From Mobula hypostoma (Eukaryota), in contig NC_086108.1 of the NCBI RefSeq assembly GCF_963921235.1, positions 55,740,001-55,804,000 of the forward strand: a DNA stretch of 64,000 nucleotides, read 5' to 3'. The notes under the pieces were generated by a model, which searched no databases, was not told where the DNA came from, and saw only the letters and a list, made by a program, of their open reading frames with translations. How positions within the stretch are numbered: the stretch's first letter is position 1; each line of letters opens with the position of its first letter. Positions 1 to 12,588 of this stretch are shown in pieces. Both the position numbers and the translations under genes were made by a program.

Positions 1-660
1 CATAGAACACTACAGCACAGAAACAGGCCCTTTGGCCCATCTAGTCCTTGCTGGGCTATTATTCTGCCTAGTCCTATTGACCTCCACCCAGACCATAGCT
101 CTCCATTCCCTCCCGTCTATATATTGATCCAAATTTCTCTTAAATTTGAAATTGAACCCACATCCACCACTTCCACTGGCAACTCATTCCTAACTCACAC
201 CAAATGCGGAGTGAAAAACATTCCCCTCGTATCCCCCGTAAAAGTTTCACCTTTCACTCTTAACCCTCGTCTTATCCAACCTCAGTGGAAAAATTCTGTT
301 TGCATTTATCCTATCTGTACTGCTCATAATTTTATTTACCTCTGTCAAATCTCCCCTCATTCTTCTAGCTGTAGTGAATAAAGTCTTAACCTATTCAACC
401 TTTCCCTACAATTCATGTCCTCGAGTCCTGTGGACATCCATGTAAATTTTCCCTAGACTCATTCACTCTTATTGACACCTTTCCTGTAGGTAGGTGACCA
501 GAACTGCACAACAATACTCCAAATTAGGCCTCACCAACATCTTAATCAACTTCAACGTAACATCGTAATAACTGTTCTCATACTTAGTGATGAAGGCCAA
601 TGTACCAAAAGCTCTCTTTATGAGACTATCTATCTGTGACACCACTTTCAAGGAATTATA
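1..660 (-). mobile_element. CR1-clade LINE 3' fragment (degraded)
   Basis: ORF 469-696 has LVRPNLEYC (CR1 ORF2 C-terminal motif). Window start matches the reverse complement of the CR1 3' tail (TGTTCTATG). Confidence 0.8.
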
Positions 661-3600
661 GATGTTGAATTCAAGCATGTTGATGTTTTGAGTCAAAACT
701 CTGCTTCAGGACTGAAGCACAAGGATGACGAGACTAAGCCAAGTTGATAAATCTAACTTTATACAAACTCTTAACAATTTAAAACTTTAAAAACTTGTAA
801 ATTGATTGGATACAAACATTAATAATTGAATAAATAGAATACGTTTAAATAAACGTTGTACCATCTGGACAGATTACGTAATCCAGTCTCAGGTAAGCAT
901 GACTCCAGTAAATGTTGGCAATTCACCGATCTTCAGCTCAGAGTTGGTTAACTGGAGTCTGAGGTACAGTATCAGGCAGGGGGGGAATTACCTGGTCATC
1001 AGCATGCAACATGTTTAGGTAATATGGCTGTTGGGGCTGAGTAGCTGCCTGCAGGTTGTGTGATGCTTGCAACAATGAGAAGGTTAAAAACTGCATGAGT
1101 TGTATGGTTGAGCACCAGCGATAGAGATTTGTGGTACACGATGATGCAGTGCAAGTGGATGATACTAATAACACAGCTGGTAGGAGATACTATTTGAAGA
1201 TAAATTCACTGTGACAATTTGTATGAAGTTGTTAGATTGTTTCTGCACTGTATCCATGTTCTTTTGGTGAACTGTCAAAGTGGACATGCTCTATTGTATT
1301 TTCACATTGCCTCCCCAACCCCAACCTGTACTGCAAGGCATCTCCTCCCCACCAATCCTTGCCCCATGTGAATTAGAGAAACAGGATCTCTCACTGCTCA
1401 CCTCCTAATGCACTATCGGAAAATATTAGTGCAGCCATTGTGTTTGTTCAGCCACTGATCAAGGCTTTGATCAATTTTCAAATGGTTCCTATGACTTCTT
1501 TCATTAAAAAGGGACAATCTATTTTTAAGTTTCATTGGCACAAAGGATAAACGGATTTTTTAAAGCTGTAGGCAGTCAAGCTGAAGTGACAGCTCCTTGA
1601 GCAGTCATGGAAAGCATCAAGCAACCCATCTGATATTATCTTGTCCTGTCCATATTGTAATACATTTGTTAATAATGTGCCAGAAATACCATGTCTATTT
1701 CTGAGTAGTTGCCATTTGTCAAAACTTGGGCAACCAGTTTTAACATACGTGACTGTTTTATTTTGTAGTTTTAGTCACCTATTCGTGGATGGCAGGATGG
1801 TGCTTGTAGAGTTATTGACATTCTGGAATCTTGTAAGTGTGGCAAAGTGCGGGCAACATAAATAACTTAGAGCTGAAAAAGTGGTGAAATAGACCCTAAT
1901 ACAAATTAAAAATTGTAAAATTAATATTTCACAGGTAAATAGTGCTTTATATAATCTGAATTTGGTTTTCCTTGTCTGCTGATAAAACCTAAAGCCTTTG
2001 TTTGTGGATCCAAAGCAAAGATAATCATCTCTACCATTGATTTAATTAGTTTGAGCTCACATACATTCATGCTAAGGAGGAATTGATTTATGCTCTTCCT
2101 CTTAACAACTTCAGAAAAAAATCATTTCATAACCAGCTTTAATTGCCATTTATTTTCAATCTTATTATGGCATAATCAATTTTAACTTTACAAGTGCTTC
2201 GAAGGGGATTCTAATATCTACTTTGATTAAAGCAGTTTTCAAAATGCTGTGTTTTGATTGGCTGCAACTGTTGTTATGGCCACTTTTGTAGCCAATGGAA
2301 ACCTTAAAGCCGAGAAATGCTGCAGAACAAATATGTCCATTGGCACCCAGAGCCATCAATACCTGGATAAGTAACCTTGCCGATAAAGTGTAGGGGGATA
2401 GTTTCTTAAATAGCAGTTATGGTATTGAGCATTTTTGATATTTCACTTGTGTGTGAACCATTGTTGATCTTGTGTACAGTATCTATCTTCCAGAAGCATT
2501 TGTTCAAAGTGAGTCACTGTTACAATTTCCTGTTACAATAATTGTCACGGCTGAGGTGTTCATCATTCCTGTCAGCTGTTGTTGATGATCCTTGATTTAA
2601 GGCTCCATCAGAGCAACTTTACGTAATCAAAGCAGGAAAATGTAGCTCAGTGATTTTGTTCCTGTTTCCTGGCTATAGACACACTTGGGTGCACTTTCCT
2701 GTATCCTGTTCTGCTGGCAAAACATAAAAAGCTAGTTTTGAAAAATAACTCCTTTTGAAGAATTTCAGATGACGATTGTTCCATCTGGAAATTAAACAAA
2801 ACTTTACTTTATGATATGTCTAAGGATTACAAAAGTCAAGAAATTCTTGCAATAAACTGATTAATCTAATTACAGCTAGCAATGTATTTCCAGCAAAAAA
2901 GTCAAATGATTGATATAACATGGGCTCCTTTATATTAGGAAAAGAGGAAAATAACATTTCCGTTAACTTCCAGTGTTTTGTCCTCTGTGTCTACCGGTCT
3001 GATTCAATGTTCGCAGACTTTTCCTGTTTGTCAATTTTTGTGAAGCTAGAGGAGAAGAAAGAGTTGGCTGCAATATTGATTTGATTAGACAATTACAATT
3101 ACATCATTAAAGAGCAGAGTGAATTAAATAATTAAGTTGAATTTAAAACATTTAAAGCATTGTGGTTTAATATTTAAGACAAAGGTTGCAAATATCATTA
3201 TCTATGATGATTTGAGGACTACTGTTTCAATGCAGAACATGGCCTGAGTTAAGGAGATAAAAATCATTTCTCATGAATTAGCACAATTCCTGTACTCCAT
3301 CTTCAATAATTTGTTAAAGAAATAAGATTCTGGCTAACATTGAGAAAGAAGCAGTCTTCCATAAAACCACAAAATTATCTGCTTTTGGCACTTAGAGAAC
3401 CTTGCATGCTGATTTCTTATAGTGGTACTTCTCAAAGAATTCTTATCAAAGTTGGGTATTTCACAGGTATGATTATGAAGCCAATTTTAAAATTGCAACC
3501 GAAATAATGAAAATCAAGCTTATTGTTGCTCGAGTGGGTTTCTTGAAAGTAAATATGCCTGTTGGTGCATTTCAAATCTTAATCAATCCCATGCTCTGAT

Positions 3601-4539
3601 ACTTATATTTATCAATAAGCTGTTGCTCTGTTGGAAAAGTTAAATATTGCTTGGCATGTGACATTGAAATGGCATATGAGCTTATTAATTGCACAAAATA
3701 ACTGTGTTCTTTAGATTGCCTGTAGTAAATGCAAAGTACTTGTATCCAGCTGCTTTGGACATCATGATATAATTTGTGAATGAAACAGCTCTCTGAGACT
3801 ACATTTCACTTTGAAATTTTGAACACCCATGTGCTAGATAACAACACTAATACTAAAGCAAAATACTGCAAATGCAAGAAGTGTAAATGAAAATGGAAAG
3901 CCAGGCAGCATCTCTGGGGAGAGAAACAGGGTTAATATTTCAGGTGAATCATCTCTCGTCGCAACTGAGGAAGAATTTGAGTATTGACAGTCTCTGATCG
4001 AAGTCCACACTCAAAAATCTCTAGTGCTTCTTGATTTTGGCTGAACCTTCAGTCATTTTGAATTGTTTGGTGCATTCAGTTGCCAAATGGTTGATAGCCT
4101 TTTAGTTATCAAGGGTGGTGTATCCTTTCAAATCATTCGGTGATAAAATCTATTAATATTGCTGAATGCCTTTCTTATTATAACTTCAATAAATATGAAA
4201 GTACTTACTTGTCACAAAGTTTAGAGGGTAAATCTCCATGGCTCCCAAGTCAATGTGGAGTTAGCTGATTTTATTGGTGGCATACAATCCTGATTTCTAT
4301 TGGTCTGCTACAATCATAAGAGGGAAACAACTGGTATTATTGAATGAGTTTGCATGCCTGTGTACACATCGGTGTATTCAAGTGTACGCATGAACAAGTA
4401 CCCTTTGTTACCCACTGACTAAATTAACCACCTGCCTAGCCTATGTTCCTGACACTCATATCCAATCACACTCTGGATCGCAAATCTTTCTATTCATCCC
4501 AATTCTAAGAAATAATTTTGCCGTCACTGTAATTGTGGC

Positions 4540-5000
4540 CTATTCCGGCAATTGTGAAAGATTAAGTCACCTGGGACTGAACTCACTGGAATTCAGAAGG
4601 ATGAGAGGATATCTTATAGAAATATATAAAATTATGAAAGGGATAGATAAGATAGAGGCAGGAAAGTTGTTTCCACTGGGAGCTGGGACTAGAACTAGGG
4701 GACATAGCCTCAGGATTCAGGGGAGTAGATATAGGAAGGAGATGAGGAGGAACTGCTTTTCACAGAGAGTGGGTATTCAGTGGAATTTTCTGCCCAGTGA
4801 AGCAGTGGATGCTTCCTCAATAAATATATTTAAGAAAAGGTTTGATAGATTTTTGCATGGTAGGGAAATTAAGGGTTATGGGGAAAAGGCAGGTAGGTGG
4901 ATATGAGTCCATGGGTAGATCAGCCGTGATCTTATTGAACGGTGGAGCAGGCTCAATGGGCCAGCTGGCCTACTCCTGCTCCTATTTCTTATGTTCTTGT
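4540..5000 (+). mobile_element. CR1 LINE 3' fragment
   Basis: LGLNSLEFRRMRG..IEIYKIMKG...RTRGHSL...FSQRV motifs, followed by a CR1 3'UTR ending CCTATTTCTTATGTTCTT. Confidence 0.9.
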
Positions 5001-6200
5001 TTTCTTATTGATAGTCGTAGCCAACTCAGCAAATAAGTTCTTAAGCACCCTGCTGTATTTTTATTCATGGAGTTGACCTGAACCCACACTACAATTTATC
5101 TACATTTGAAGAAACGTTCAACAATATTATAATAGGCCATTCATATGGTCATGATCTGATGTGACTGATGTCCCAGCTTCCTTCAAGAAGCGATGCCAAT
5201 ATCTTTAATTATCCACTAAAGAACATTTGACTTGATAGATATGGGTGTAATGCTTCCAGTCAGCAGACAGAAGGCATATTCTGTTTTTCCCTCTATATGT
5301 ATTTCTTTCTGAATAAGTTAAAATGGGAATTTGCTTTTGAAGTTAATTTGTGTCCGTAAAAGTACAGGAAGAGTAACAAATATCTCACATTAGTATTCCA
5401 GAAAGGCTCAATAAAAGTGCCTACAGGGAAGAAAACAAAATAACTAAACCTGAGAAATAGAGAAAATGCGTTTATTTTTATATTGTGGTATGATTTTGAA
5501 AGCCTATCTTTATTTGTAACATTAATATTAAAATAAGGGTGTACAAAGCCTTTAGTTCATTAAATTATCACACTAAAGGATAGATTCCAAAATGGATATC
5601 AAAATATATACTCCACAATACTTCCTTCTAATTACAAATGTGAATATCCATTTCAAACGTGTATGCTCCATTTTAGTGCAATAAATAACAGAAGTGCAGT
5701 AAATCACTCGATATAAGGTCTAACAAGCTACAGACATCTACAGGTCAAGATGAAATGTTTGCTTACTTGAGATAGCTACTTCATACCCCTCCTCCATCAT
5801 CCCATGTGTTTGGGGTGCAAACCTAATGTATGGTCAGCGAGTTGGGATTTTGTTTCTTTCTTATGCAGTTACTGTGATGCCACCTAGAAACTGAGAGACT
5901 AGATAAGGTAAATTCAGATTCTTACAGGTACCTGGGCTCCTACAACAACAATGACCCTTAGGTGAATAACAGAAGCTTGCTGATCATAAAGGAATTTAAT
6001 GTGAGTCACTAAATTCAAAATAGGCACAATAGTTCATCTTGTGTTGTTTACAGTAATCAGATTTTCCAAGCCACTGTAAGAAGGAAGTGATGACAACTAG
6101 GAGTTGTGAGCATTGGTATCTTAACCTTTGGATCTGTGATGTCTATATCATTGAGTGTGGGTTTGATATCAGTCAAGTTATCTTGAACAGTTGATGACAG

Positions 6201-6395
6201 TGTGGCGACCCACTTTCTGACACCCACGAACCGGCTCACGAAACAGCGCGCGCAGGCAGAGGGCGGGCAGCAAAAAGGGCGGGGACGGGAAGGATTTAAA
6301 GCGGGCCGCGAAGTTTGAATAAACCTCTTTCATCGCAACTCCAACTCACCGACTCCGTGTGGTTATTCTAGCGCTGTGTGTAGCACATCGCTACA
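6201..6395 (+). repeat. 5' LTR
   Basis: TGTGGCGA...TCGCTACA imperfect terminal inverted repeat, contains AATAAA, 8 mismatches to the 3' copy by manual alignment. Confidence 0.97.
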
Positions 6396-6397
6396 AT

Positions 6398-6410
6398 TGG
6401 TGACCCCGAC
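6398..6410 (+). promoter_or_regulatory. Primer-binding site complementary to tRNA-Trp 3' end
   Basis: TGGTGACCCCGAC, starting 2 nt after the 5' LTR. Confidence 0.9.
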
Positions 6411-6435
6411 GGCCCAAACGATATTTGAACCAGAG

Positions 6436-7618
6436 ATGACCGACGCTGCATCTGTTCACGCAGTTTCGTTAGAACTGCCAGGCTTCTGGACGCTGCGACC
6501 CCATTTATGGTTCGAACAGGCAGAAGCACAATTCCACATTCGGCAGATAACCTCGGAGTCCACTCGCTACTACTACGTGCTGAGCTCCCTCAACCAGGAG
6601 ACTGCTGCACAAGTTGAGGAGTTTATACAGTCGCCCCCGGAGGACGGCAAATACACAGCATTCAAAACCCTAAACCCTGCTCATAAGGACTTTCGGACTC
6701 TCACGGCGCGAACGAGCACGCCGCTTAATACACCTGGATGGTTTGGGAGACAGGCCGCCGTCAGCATTAAGGAACGAGATGCTGGCCCTGGCTGAAGGAC
6801 ACAAACCCTGCCTCATGTTTGAGCAGGCATTGCTAGAGCAACTGCCCGAAGACATATGCCTGCTGCTGTCCGACGCAGATTTCAGCAACCCCCGGGAGGT
6901 GGCGGCCCGAGCAGATGTGCTGTGGAATGCCAGGAAAGAGAGAGGGGCATCCGTCGCACAGATCACCAAGCCGTGTGCCCAACGACAGACCAGACCGGGC
7001 CCGGCAGCAGAGCCTACAAAACCCGGCGACGGGAGTGAGGAGCCCAATGAACAATAGTGTTTCTACCACCAGCGGTGGGGCACAGAGGCCCGCCGCTGCA
7101 GACCGCCCTGCAAATTCCCGGGAAAAGCCAAGGCCCAGCCGCTGCCGATCGCTACGGCGGCTGGCCATCAGGACAGCCTCCTGTACGTCTGGGACAAGCA
7201 GTCGAGACGCCGCTTTTTGGTCGACACCGGAGCGGAGATCAGCGTCTTACCTCCAACGAGTTACGACACCCGCAACAGAGAACCGGGACCCACCCTGAGG
7301 GCCGCTAATAGCAGCACAATACGAACCTACGGCACCCGCACGGTGCGGCTACAGTTCAGCTCCAGCCGGTTCACGTGGGACTTCACACTGGCCGCCGTGG
7401 CCCAACCACTGCTGGGGCAGATTTTCTACGAGCCCACAGCATGCTGGTCGACTTGCAAGGGAAGCGATTAGTCCACGCCAAGACTTTTCAAACGTTCTCC
7501 CTGGGTGAAGCACAGTTGCCAGCCCCACACCTGGACTCCATCACGCTGTCCGACGATGAATTCACCAGGGTCCTGGCGGATTTCCCATCAGTAACTGACA
7601 CCGCAGTTCACGGTAGCC
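6436..7618 (+). pseudogene. gag: Disrupted gag-protease region of the Gypsy element
   Basis: ELPGFWTLRPHLWFEQAEAQF capsid-like start, CFYHQRWGTEARRCRPPC knuckle (7058-7111) and LVDTGAEISV aspartic protease. Broken by a 7-bp duplication (6665-6678), TAG at 7055-7057 and 1-nt indels near 7415 and 7592. Confidence 0.9.
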
Positions 7619-10327
7619 ATGCCCAGACACGGAGTACAGCACCACATCCCGACCCAGGGACCACCCCTCCACGCCTGCGCTCGAAGGCTTCCCCCGGACA
7701 AGCTCCGACTGGCGAAGGAGGAGTTCAAGAAGATGGAGGAATTAGGGATCAAACGACGGTCCGACAGCCCATGGGCCTCCCCCCTTCACATGGTGCCCAA
7801 GGCAACGGGGGGCTGGAGACCATGCGGTGACTACCGCAGACTGAATGAGGCTACAACGCCAGACCGCTACCCTGTGCTGCACATTCAAGACTTCGCAGCA
7901 AACCTACACGGCGCAAGGATCTTTTCCAAGGTAGACCTCGTCTGGGGATACCATCAAATCCCTATACATCCGGACGACATCCCCAAAACAGCACTTATCA
8001 CCCCGTTCGGACTTTTCGAATTCCTCCAAATGCCGTTTGGTCTAAAGAACGCCGCACAGACTTTCCAGCGGCTAATGGACGTGGTGGGACGCGACCTGGA
8101 CTTTGCATTCATCTATTTGGACGACATCCTCATAGCCAGCAGTAGTCGGCAGGAGCATCTGTCCCACCTCCGCCAGCACTACTCCCGCCTGAGTGAATTC
8201 GGCCTTACAATCAATCCAGCCAAATGCCAGTTCGGATTCGACACCATCGACTTCCTGGGCCACAGGATTACTAAAGACGGGGCAACCCCGCTGCCCGCCA
8301 AGGTAGACGCGGTCCACCACTTCCCCCGACCCAACACAATCAAAGGCTTGCAGGAATTCGTGGGTATGGTGAATTTCTACCACCGTTTCCTCCCCTCAGC
8401 AGCCCGAACCATGCACCCCTTGTTCACTCTAATGTCGGGTAAGGGCAGGGACATTACCTGGAACGAAGAGGCCGCAACCGCTTTCGTTAAAACCAAAGAA
8501 GCCTTGGCAAACGCCGCGATGCTAGTGCACCCCAGAACGGACGTTCCTACTGCCCTCACGGTGGACGCATCCAACACAGCAGTCGGTGGAGTGCTGGAAC
8601 AACTCATCAAGGGTCGCTGGCAACCCCTGGCGTTCTTCAGCAAACACCTACGACCACCCGAACTCAAATACAGTGCTTTCGACCGGGAGCTATTGGCACT
8701 ATACCTGGCAATCCGGCATTTCAGGTACTTCTTAGAAGGTAGGCCCTTCACCGCGTTCACCGACCACAAACTGCTTACCTTTGCGTTCACTAAGGTGTCC
8801 GACCCCTGGTCGTCCCGCCAGCAGCAACATCTGTTCTACATCTCCAAGTACACGACGGACCTCCGACATGTCTCTGGAAAGAACAATGTCGTGGCAGACG
8901 CACTTTCCAGACCTACCATACAGGCCCTGTCCCAAGGGGTGGACTATGCAGCGCTGGCAGAGGCACAGCAGGCAGACGCTGAGATCCTCAGTTACAGGAC
9001 TGCAGTCTCCGGTTTGCAGCTCCAAGACCTCCCCGTAGGCCCAGGTGAGAGGACCCTACTATGTGACGTAGCTACCGGCCAACCCCGTCCCGTCGTCCCA
9101 GCAGCCTGGTGCCGGCGGGTTTTCGAATCTATTCACAACTTAGCACACCCCTCCGTCAGGACAACCGTCCGGCTGGTCTCCAACAGGTTCGTGTGGCATG
9201 GACTTCGTAAACAGGTCAGTGAATGGGCCAAAATGTGTATGCAGTGCCAAACGGCCAAGGTGCAGCGGCACACCAAGGCTCCACCGCAGCGGTTCGAACC
9301 CACCCGCCGGAGGTTCGACCACATCCATGTGGATATCGTGGGGCCCCTGCCAGTGTCACGAGGAGCGCGATACCTCCTAACTATGATAGACCGGTTCACC
9401 AGATGGCCAGAGGCAGTCCCACTCAGCGACACCACCTCCGAATCCTGCGCCCGAGCACTGATCGCAACCTGGGTAGCACGCTTTGGGGTGCCGGCCCACA
9501 TTACCTCCGACAGGGGCGCCCAGTTCACCTCCAGCCTGTGGTCGGCTATGGCCAGACTTTTAGGAACACAGCTACACCACACAACTGCCTACCACCCACA
9601 GTCGAATGGACTAGTGGAGGGCTTCCACCGTCACCTGAAATCGGCTCTCGTGGCCCGCCTGGAGGGGCCTAACTGGGTGGACGAACTTCCCTGGGTCCTG
9701 CTTGGAATCGGTACGGCGCCCAAAGAGGATCTACACACCTCGTCGGCCGAGTTGGTGTACGGTGCGCCCCTGGTCGTCCCAGGAGAATTCATACCAGCCC
9801 CAGGGGGGCAAGAGGAAGAACCCACAGCAGTCCTGGACAGACTACGTCAAGGGCTTGGCAACCTGGCCCCCATACCCACTTCACAGCACGGACAGAGCCC
9901 GACCTGCGTACCCAAAGACCTGCAGAACTGTAAGTTTCTTTTTGTACGACGGGGCGGACACCGGGCACCGCTACAGCGGCCCTACGAGGGGCCGTTTAAG
10001 GTGATCAGCAACAACGGGTCCACGTTCGTGCTGGACATTGGCGGGAGAGAGGAGGTTTTCACGGTGGATCGACTCAAACCGGCCCATGTGGATTTGGCGC
10101 AACCGGTCCAGGCTCAGGCACCGCGGCGCAGGGGCAGACCTCCCAAACAGAGGCCGATCCAGACTGTGGACATTGGGGGAGGTATCGCCGGTTCTGGGGG
10201 GGGGGGTTATGTGGCGACCCACTTTCTGGCACCCACGAACCGGCTCACGAAACAGCGCGCGCAGGCAGAGGGCGGGCAGCAAAAAGGGCGGGAATGGGAA
10301 GGCTTTAAAGCGGGCCGCGAAGTTTGA
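7619..10327 (+). CDS. pol: Pol open frame: reverse transcriptase, RNase H, integrase
   Basis: RT ([20 protein letters not shown]), RNase H (VDAS, ELLA, FTDH, ADALSR), integrase HHCC (HNLAH..CMQC), D-D-E (HVD, TSD, LVE) and a GPY/F motif. The start is not the natural one because of upstream frameshifts. Confidence 0.95.
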   Translation: MPRHGVQHHIPTQGPPLHACARRLPPDKLRLAKEEFKKMEELGIKRRSDSPWASPLHMVPKATGGWRPCGDYRRLNEATTPDRYPVLHIQDFAANLHGARIFSKVDLVWGYHQIPIHPDDIPKTALITPFGLFEFLQMPFGLKNAAQTFQRLMDVVGRDLDFAFIYLDDILIASSSRQEHLSHLRQHYSRLSEFGLTINPAKCQFGFDTIDFLGHRITKDGATPLPAKVDAVHHFPRPNTIKGLQEFVGMVNFYHRFLPSAARTMHPLFTLMSGKGRDITWNEEAATAFVKTKEALANAAMLVHPRTDVPTALTVDASNTAVGGVLEQLIKGRWQPLAFFSKHLRPPELKYSAFDRELLALYLAIRHFRYFLEGRPFTAFTDHKLLTFAFTKVSDPWSSRQQQHLFYISKYTTDLRHVSGKNNVVADALSRPTIQALSQGVDYAALAEAQQADAEILSYRTAVSGLQLQDLPVGPGERTLLCDVATGQPRPVVPAAWCRRVFESIHNLAHPSVRTTVRLVSNRFVWHGLRKQVSEWAKMCMQCQTAKVQRHTKAPPQRFEPTRRRFDHIHVDIVGPLPVSRGARYLLTMIDRFTRWPEAVPLSDTTSESCARALIATWVARFGVPAHITSDRGAQFTSSLWSAMARLLGTQLHHTTAYHPQSNGLVEGFHRHLKSALVARLEGPNWVDELPWVLLGIGTAPKEDLHTSSAELVYGAPLVVPGEFIPAPGGQEEEPTAVLDRLRQGLGNLAPIPTSQHGQSPTCVPKDLQNCKFLFVRRGGHRAPLQRPYEGPFKVISNNGSTFVLDIGGREEVFTVDRLKPAHVDLAQPVQAQAPRRRGRPPKQRPIQTVDIGGGIAGSGGGGYVATHFLAPTNRLTKQRAQAEGGQQKGREWEGFKAGREV
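10196..10206 (+). promoter_or_regulatory. Polypurine tract (G11)
   Basis: G run 3 nt upstream of the 3' LTR. Confidence 0.85.
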
Positions 10328-10404
10328 ATAAACCTCTTTCATTACAACTCCGACTCACCGACTCCATGTGGTTATTCTAGCGCTGTGTGTAGCACATCGC
10401 TACA
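10210..10404 (+). repeat. 3' LTR
   Basis: Direct repeat of 6201-6395, followed by the ACAG TSD. Confidence 0.97.
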
Positions 10405-11011
10405 ACAGCATAATTTCAAATAATGAAGTTAAATTGGCAGCTAATTTCACCTATAATTGTCAGAGTAAGGCTCATAGATGCAAAATTTTTGCCAGCAGCT
10501 ACAGGACATTCACTTAGTCGAAATATTGATCAAACCTAGCTAGATGAATTGATTTAGTGGTTAGTTCTATCAACTTTAGATTTGAGATGGGTACTGCCTG
10601 GCAGTTAGAAAACTGGGTTGATTTTCTCATCAGTCTTATATCTTTGGATTTCCAAAAATGTGTCAAATATTTTGCATCATATTCAAGCCAGTAAGTAGGA
10701 GCCATTATTCCTTCTGATAACCTTGTGGACTGTGTGTGAGTAGCTGAAGACAAAGTAAATTAAAAGCTTAATTATGAGGAGTTTGCTTACATGCATGCTT
10801 GCCAAATTCAGAATGATATCATGACTATTATTAGTTAGAAATGGAGACATTTTAACATACTCTCCTCAAGATCTGGAGTTTGAAATCTATTTCAGACAGA
10901 TATGAAGTAAATTTCAATTACCTTGTGGCAGAAAGGACCTGCGTGAAATGATTGTGAAGTTTCTCACCTTATTACTTAATAGCTGTGAGTATATAGCAAA
11001 AAGATACATTA

Positions 11012-11128
11012 TAAACATGAGGAAGTCTGCAGAAGCTGGAAATCCAAAGCAACACACACAAAATGCTGGAGGAACTCAGCAGGTCAGGAAGCAACTATGA
11101 AAATGAATAAACAGTTGACATTTCAGAG
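11012..11128 (-). mobile_element. Penelope-like element terminal repeat fragment
   Basis: Reverse complement of the GCTGAGTTCCTCCAGCATTTTGTGTG...CCAGCTTCTGCAG terminus also seen near 33300 and 61220. Confidence 0.75.
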
Positions 11129-11144
11129 TTACGTTAACCCAGCA

Positions 11145-11575
11145 GAATCAAAATCAAGTTTATTATCACTATCATATCTTGTGAATTTTATGTTTTGCTG
11201 CAGCAGTACAGTGCAAGACATACAAATTACTTGAAGTTACAAAAATAAATAGGACAAAAAGGGAATAACAAGATAGTGTCCATCGGTTCAGAAAGCTGGT
11301 GGCAGAGGGGAAGAAGCTATTGATTAAGTGTTGAGTGTGGGTCTTCAGGCTTAATGACCGATGCTTGGTTCTCGAGACACTGCCTCCGAAAGATGTCCTC
11401 AGTGGTGGGGAGGGTGTGCCCATGATGGAATTGGCTGAGCCCACAGTCCTCTGGAACCTCATTTCATCTGCACATTGGAACCTCCAAAAGAGGTGATGAT
11501 GCAGTCAGTATTCTCTCCCACAGTACGTTGGTAGAAGTTTTCAAGAACCTTTGGTGATTTACCAAATCTTTTGAG
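11145..11575 (-). mobile_element. Rex1/Babar-like LINE 3' fragment
   Basis: LKTHTQHLINSFFPSATSFLN C-terminal motif and AATAAACTTGATTTTGATT-type tail. Confidence 0.6.
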
Positions 11576-12588
11576 GGAAGCACGAGAGTGTTTGGAGGAG
11601 AAAGTAAGAAAGACTAAAAAGCAAGCTGATGCTCTATAATATAATAATGTAAGTCCATTGCAAGTTGTAAATTATTGCCTACTTTGCAAGTTCACCATAT
11701 TATTTCAGTAAAGTACATTGAGACAAGTGGATCCAAGGAAAGCATCTGGTCTGGACAGAGTACCTGGCCGAGTACTGAAGACCTGTGCTGACCAACTGTC
11801 TGGTGTGTTCGTGGATATCTTCAACCTCTTGCCCCAGCAGTGTGTGGTACCCATCTGCTTCAAGCAGGCTTCAGTCATACTGGTGCCCAAGAAGAGCATG
11901 GTGATCTGCTCAGTGACTCTGGCCCAGTGGCACTTACATACACAGTGATAATGCGTTTTGAGAGGCTGGTGTTGAAACATATCAGCTCCTGTTTGAGTGG
12001 CGACTTGGATCCACTCCAGTTTGCCTACAAAGCAACAGCTCCTCAGTAGATACTATTTCATTGGCTCTTCACAGAGCTCTGGAACATCTGGACAACAAAG
12101 ATGCATACATCAGGGTGCTCTTTATCGATTATAGCTCAGCATTTAATACCATCATCCCCTCAAATCTTTTCGGTAAGCTCCAAGACCTGGGCCTCAATAT
12201 CCCCTTGTGCAATTGGATCCTGGATTTCCTCACTTGAAGACCCCAGTCAGTTTAGATTTGTAAAGAACATCTCCTCCACAATCTCCATCCGCACAGGAGC
12301 ACCACAGGGCTGTGTGTTTAGCCCCCTGCTGTGTGGTTAAGTACACTTATGCCTGTGTGGCCAAGTACAGTTCCAACACCATATACAAGTTTGCTGATGG
12401 CACCACTGTTGTGGGCTGTATCAAAGGTGGTGATGAGTCAGCGTACAGGAGGGAGACTGAAAATTTGGCTGAGTGGTGTAATAACAATAAACTCTCACTC
12501 AGTGTCAAAAAGACCAAGGAACTGATTGTAGACTTTAGGAGAGGGAAACCAGAGGTTCATCAGCCAGTAATCATCAGGGAATCAAAGG

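Larger units (their letters stand above)
6201..10404 (+). mobile_element. Full-length Ty3/Gypsy LTR retrotransposon, CsRn1/Boudicca-like
   Basis: Paired 195-bp TG..CA LTRs, 4-bp TSD ACAG (6197-6200 and 10405-10408), PBS, poly-G polypurine tract, gag-PR-RT-RH-IN order. Confidence 0.97.

Noticed and set aside
700..1170. Possible decayed LTR-element 3' remnant on the minus strand
   Set aside because: Too degenerate to support with any clear motif.
6670..10342. Many overlapping and antisense ORFs of 100-150 aa in the Gypsy element
   Set aside because: Expected shadow ORFs in GC-rich coding DNA. No motifs, and no env-like ORF.
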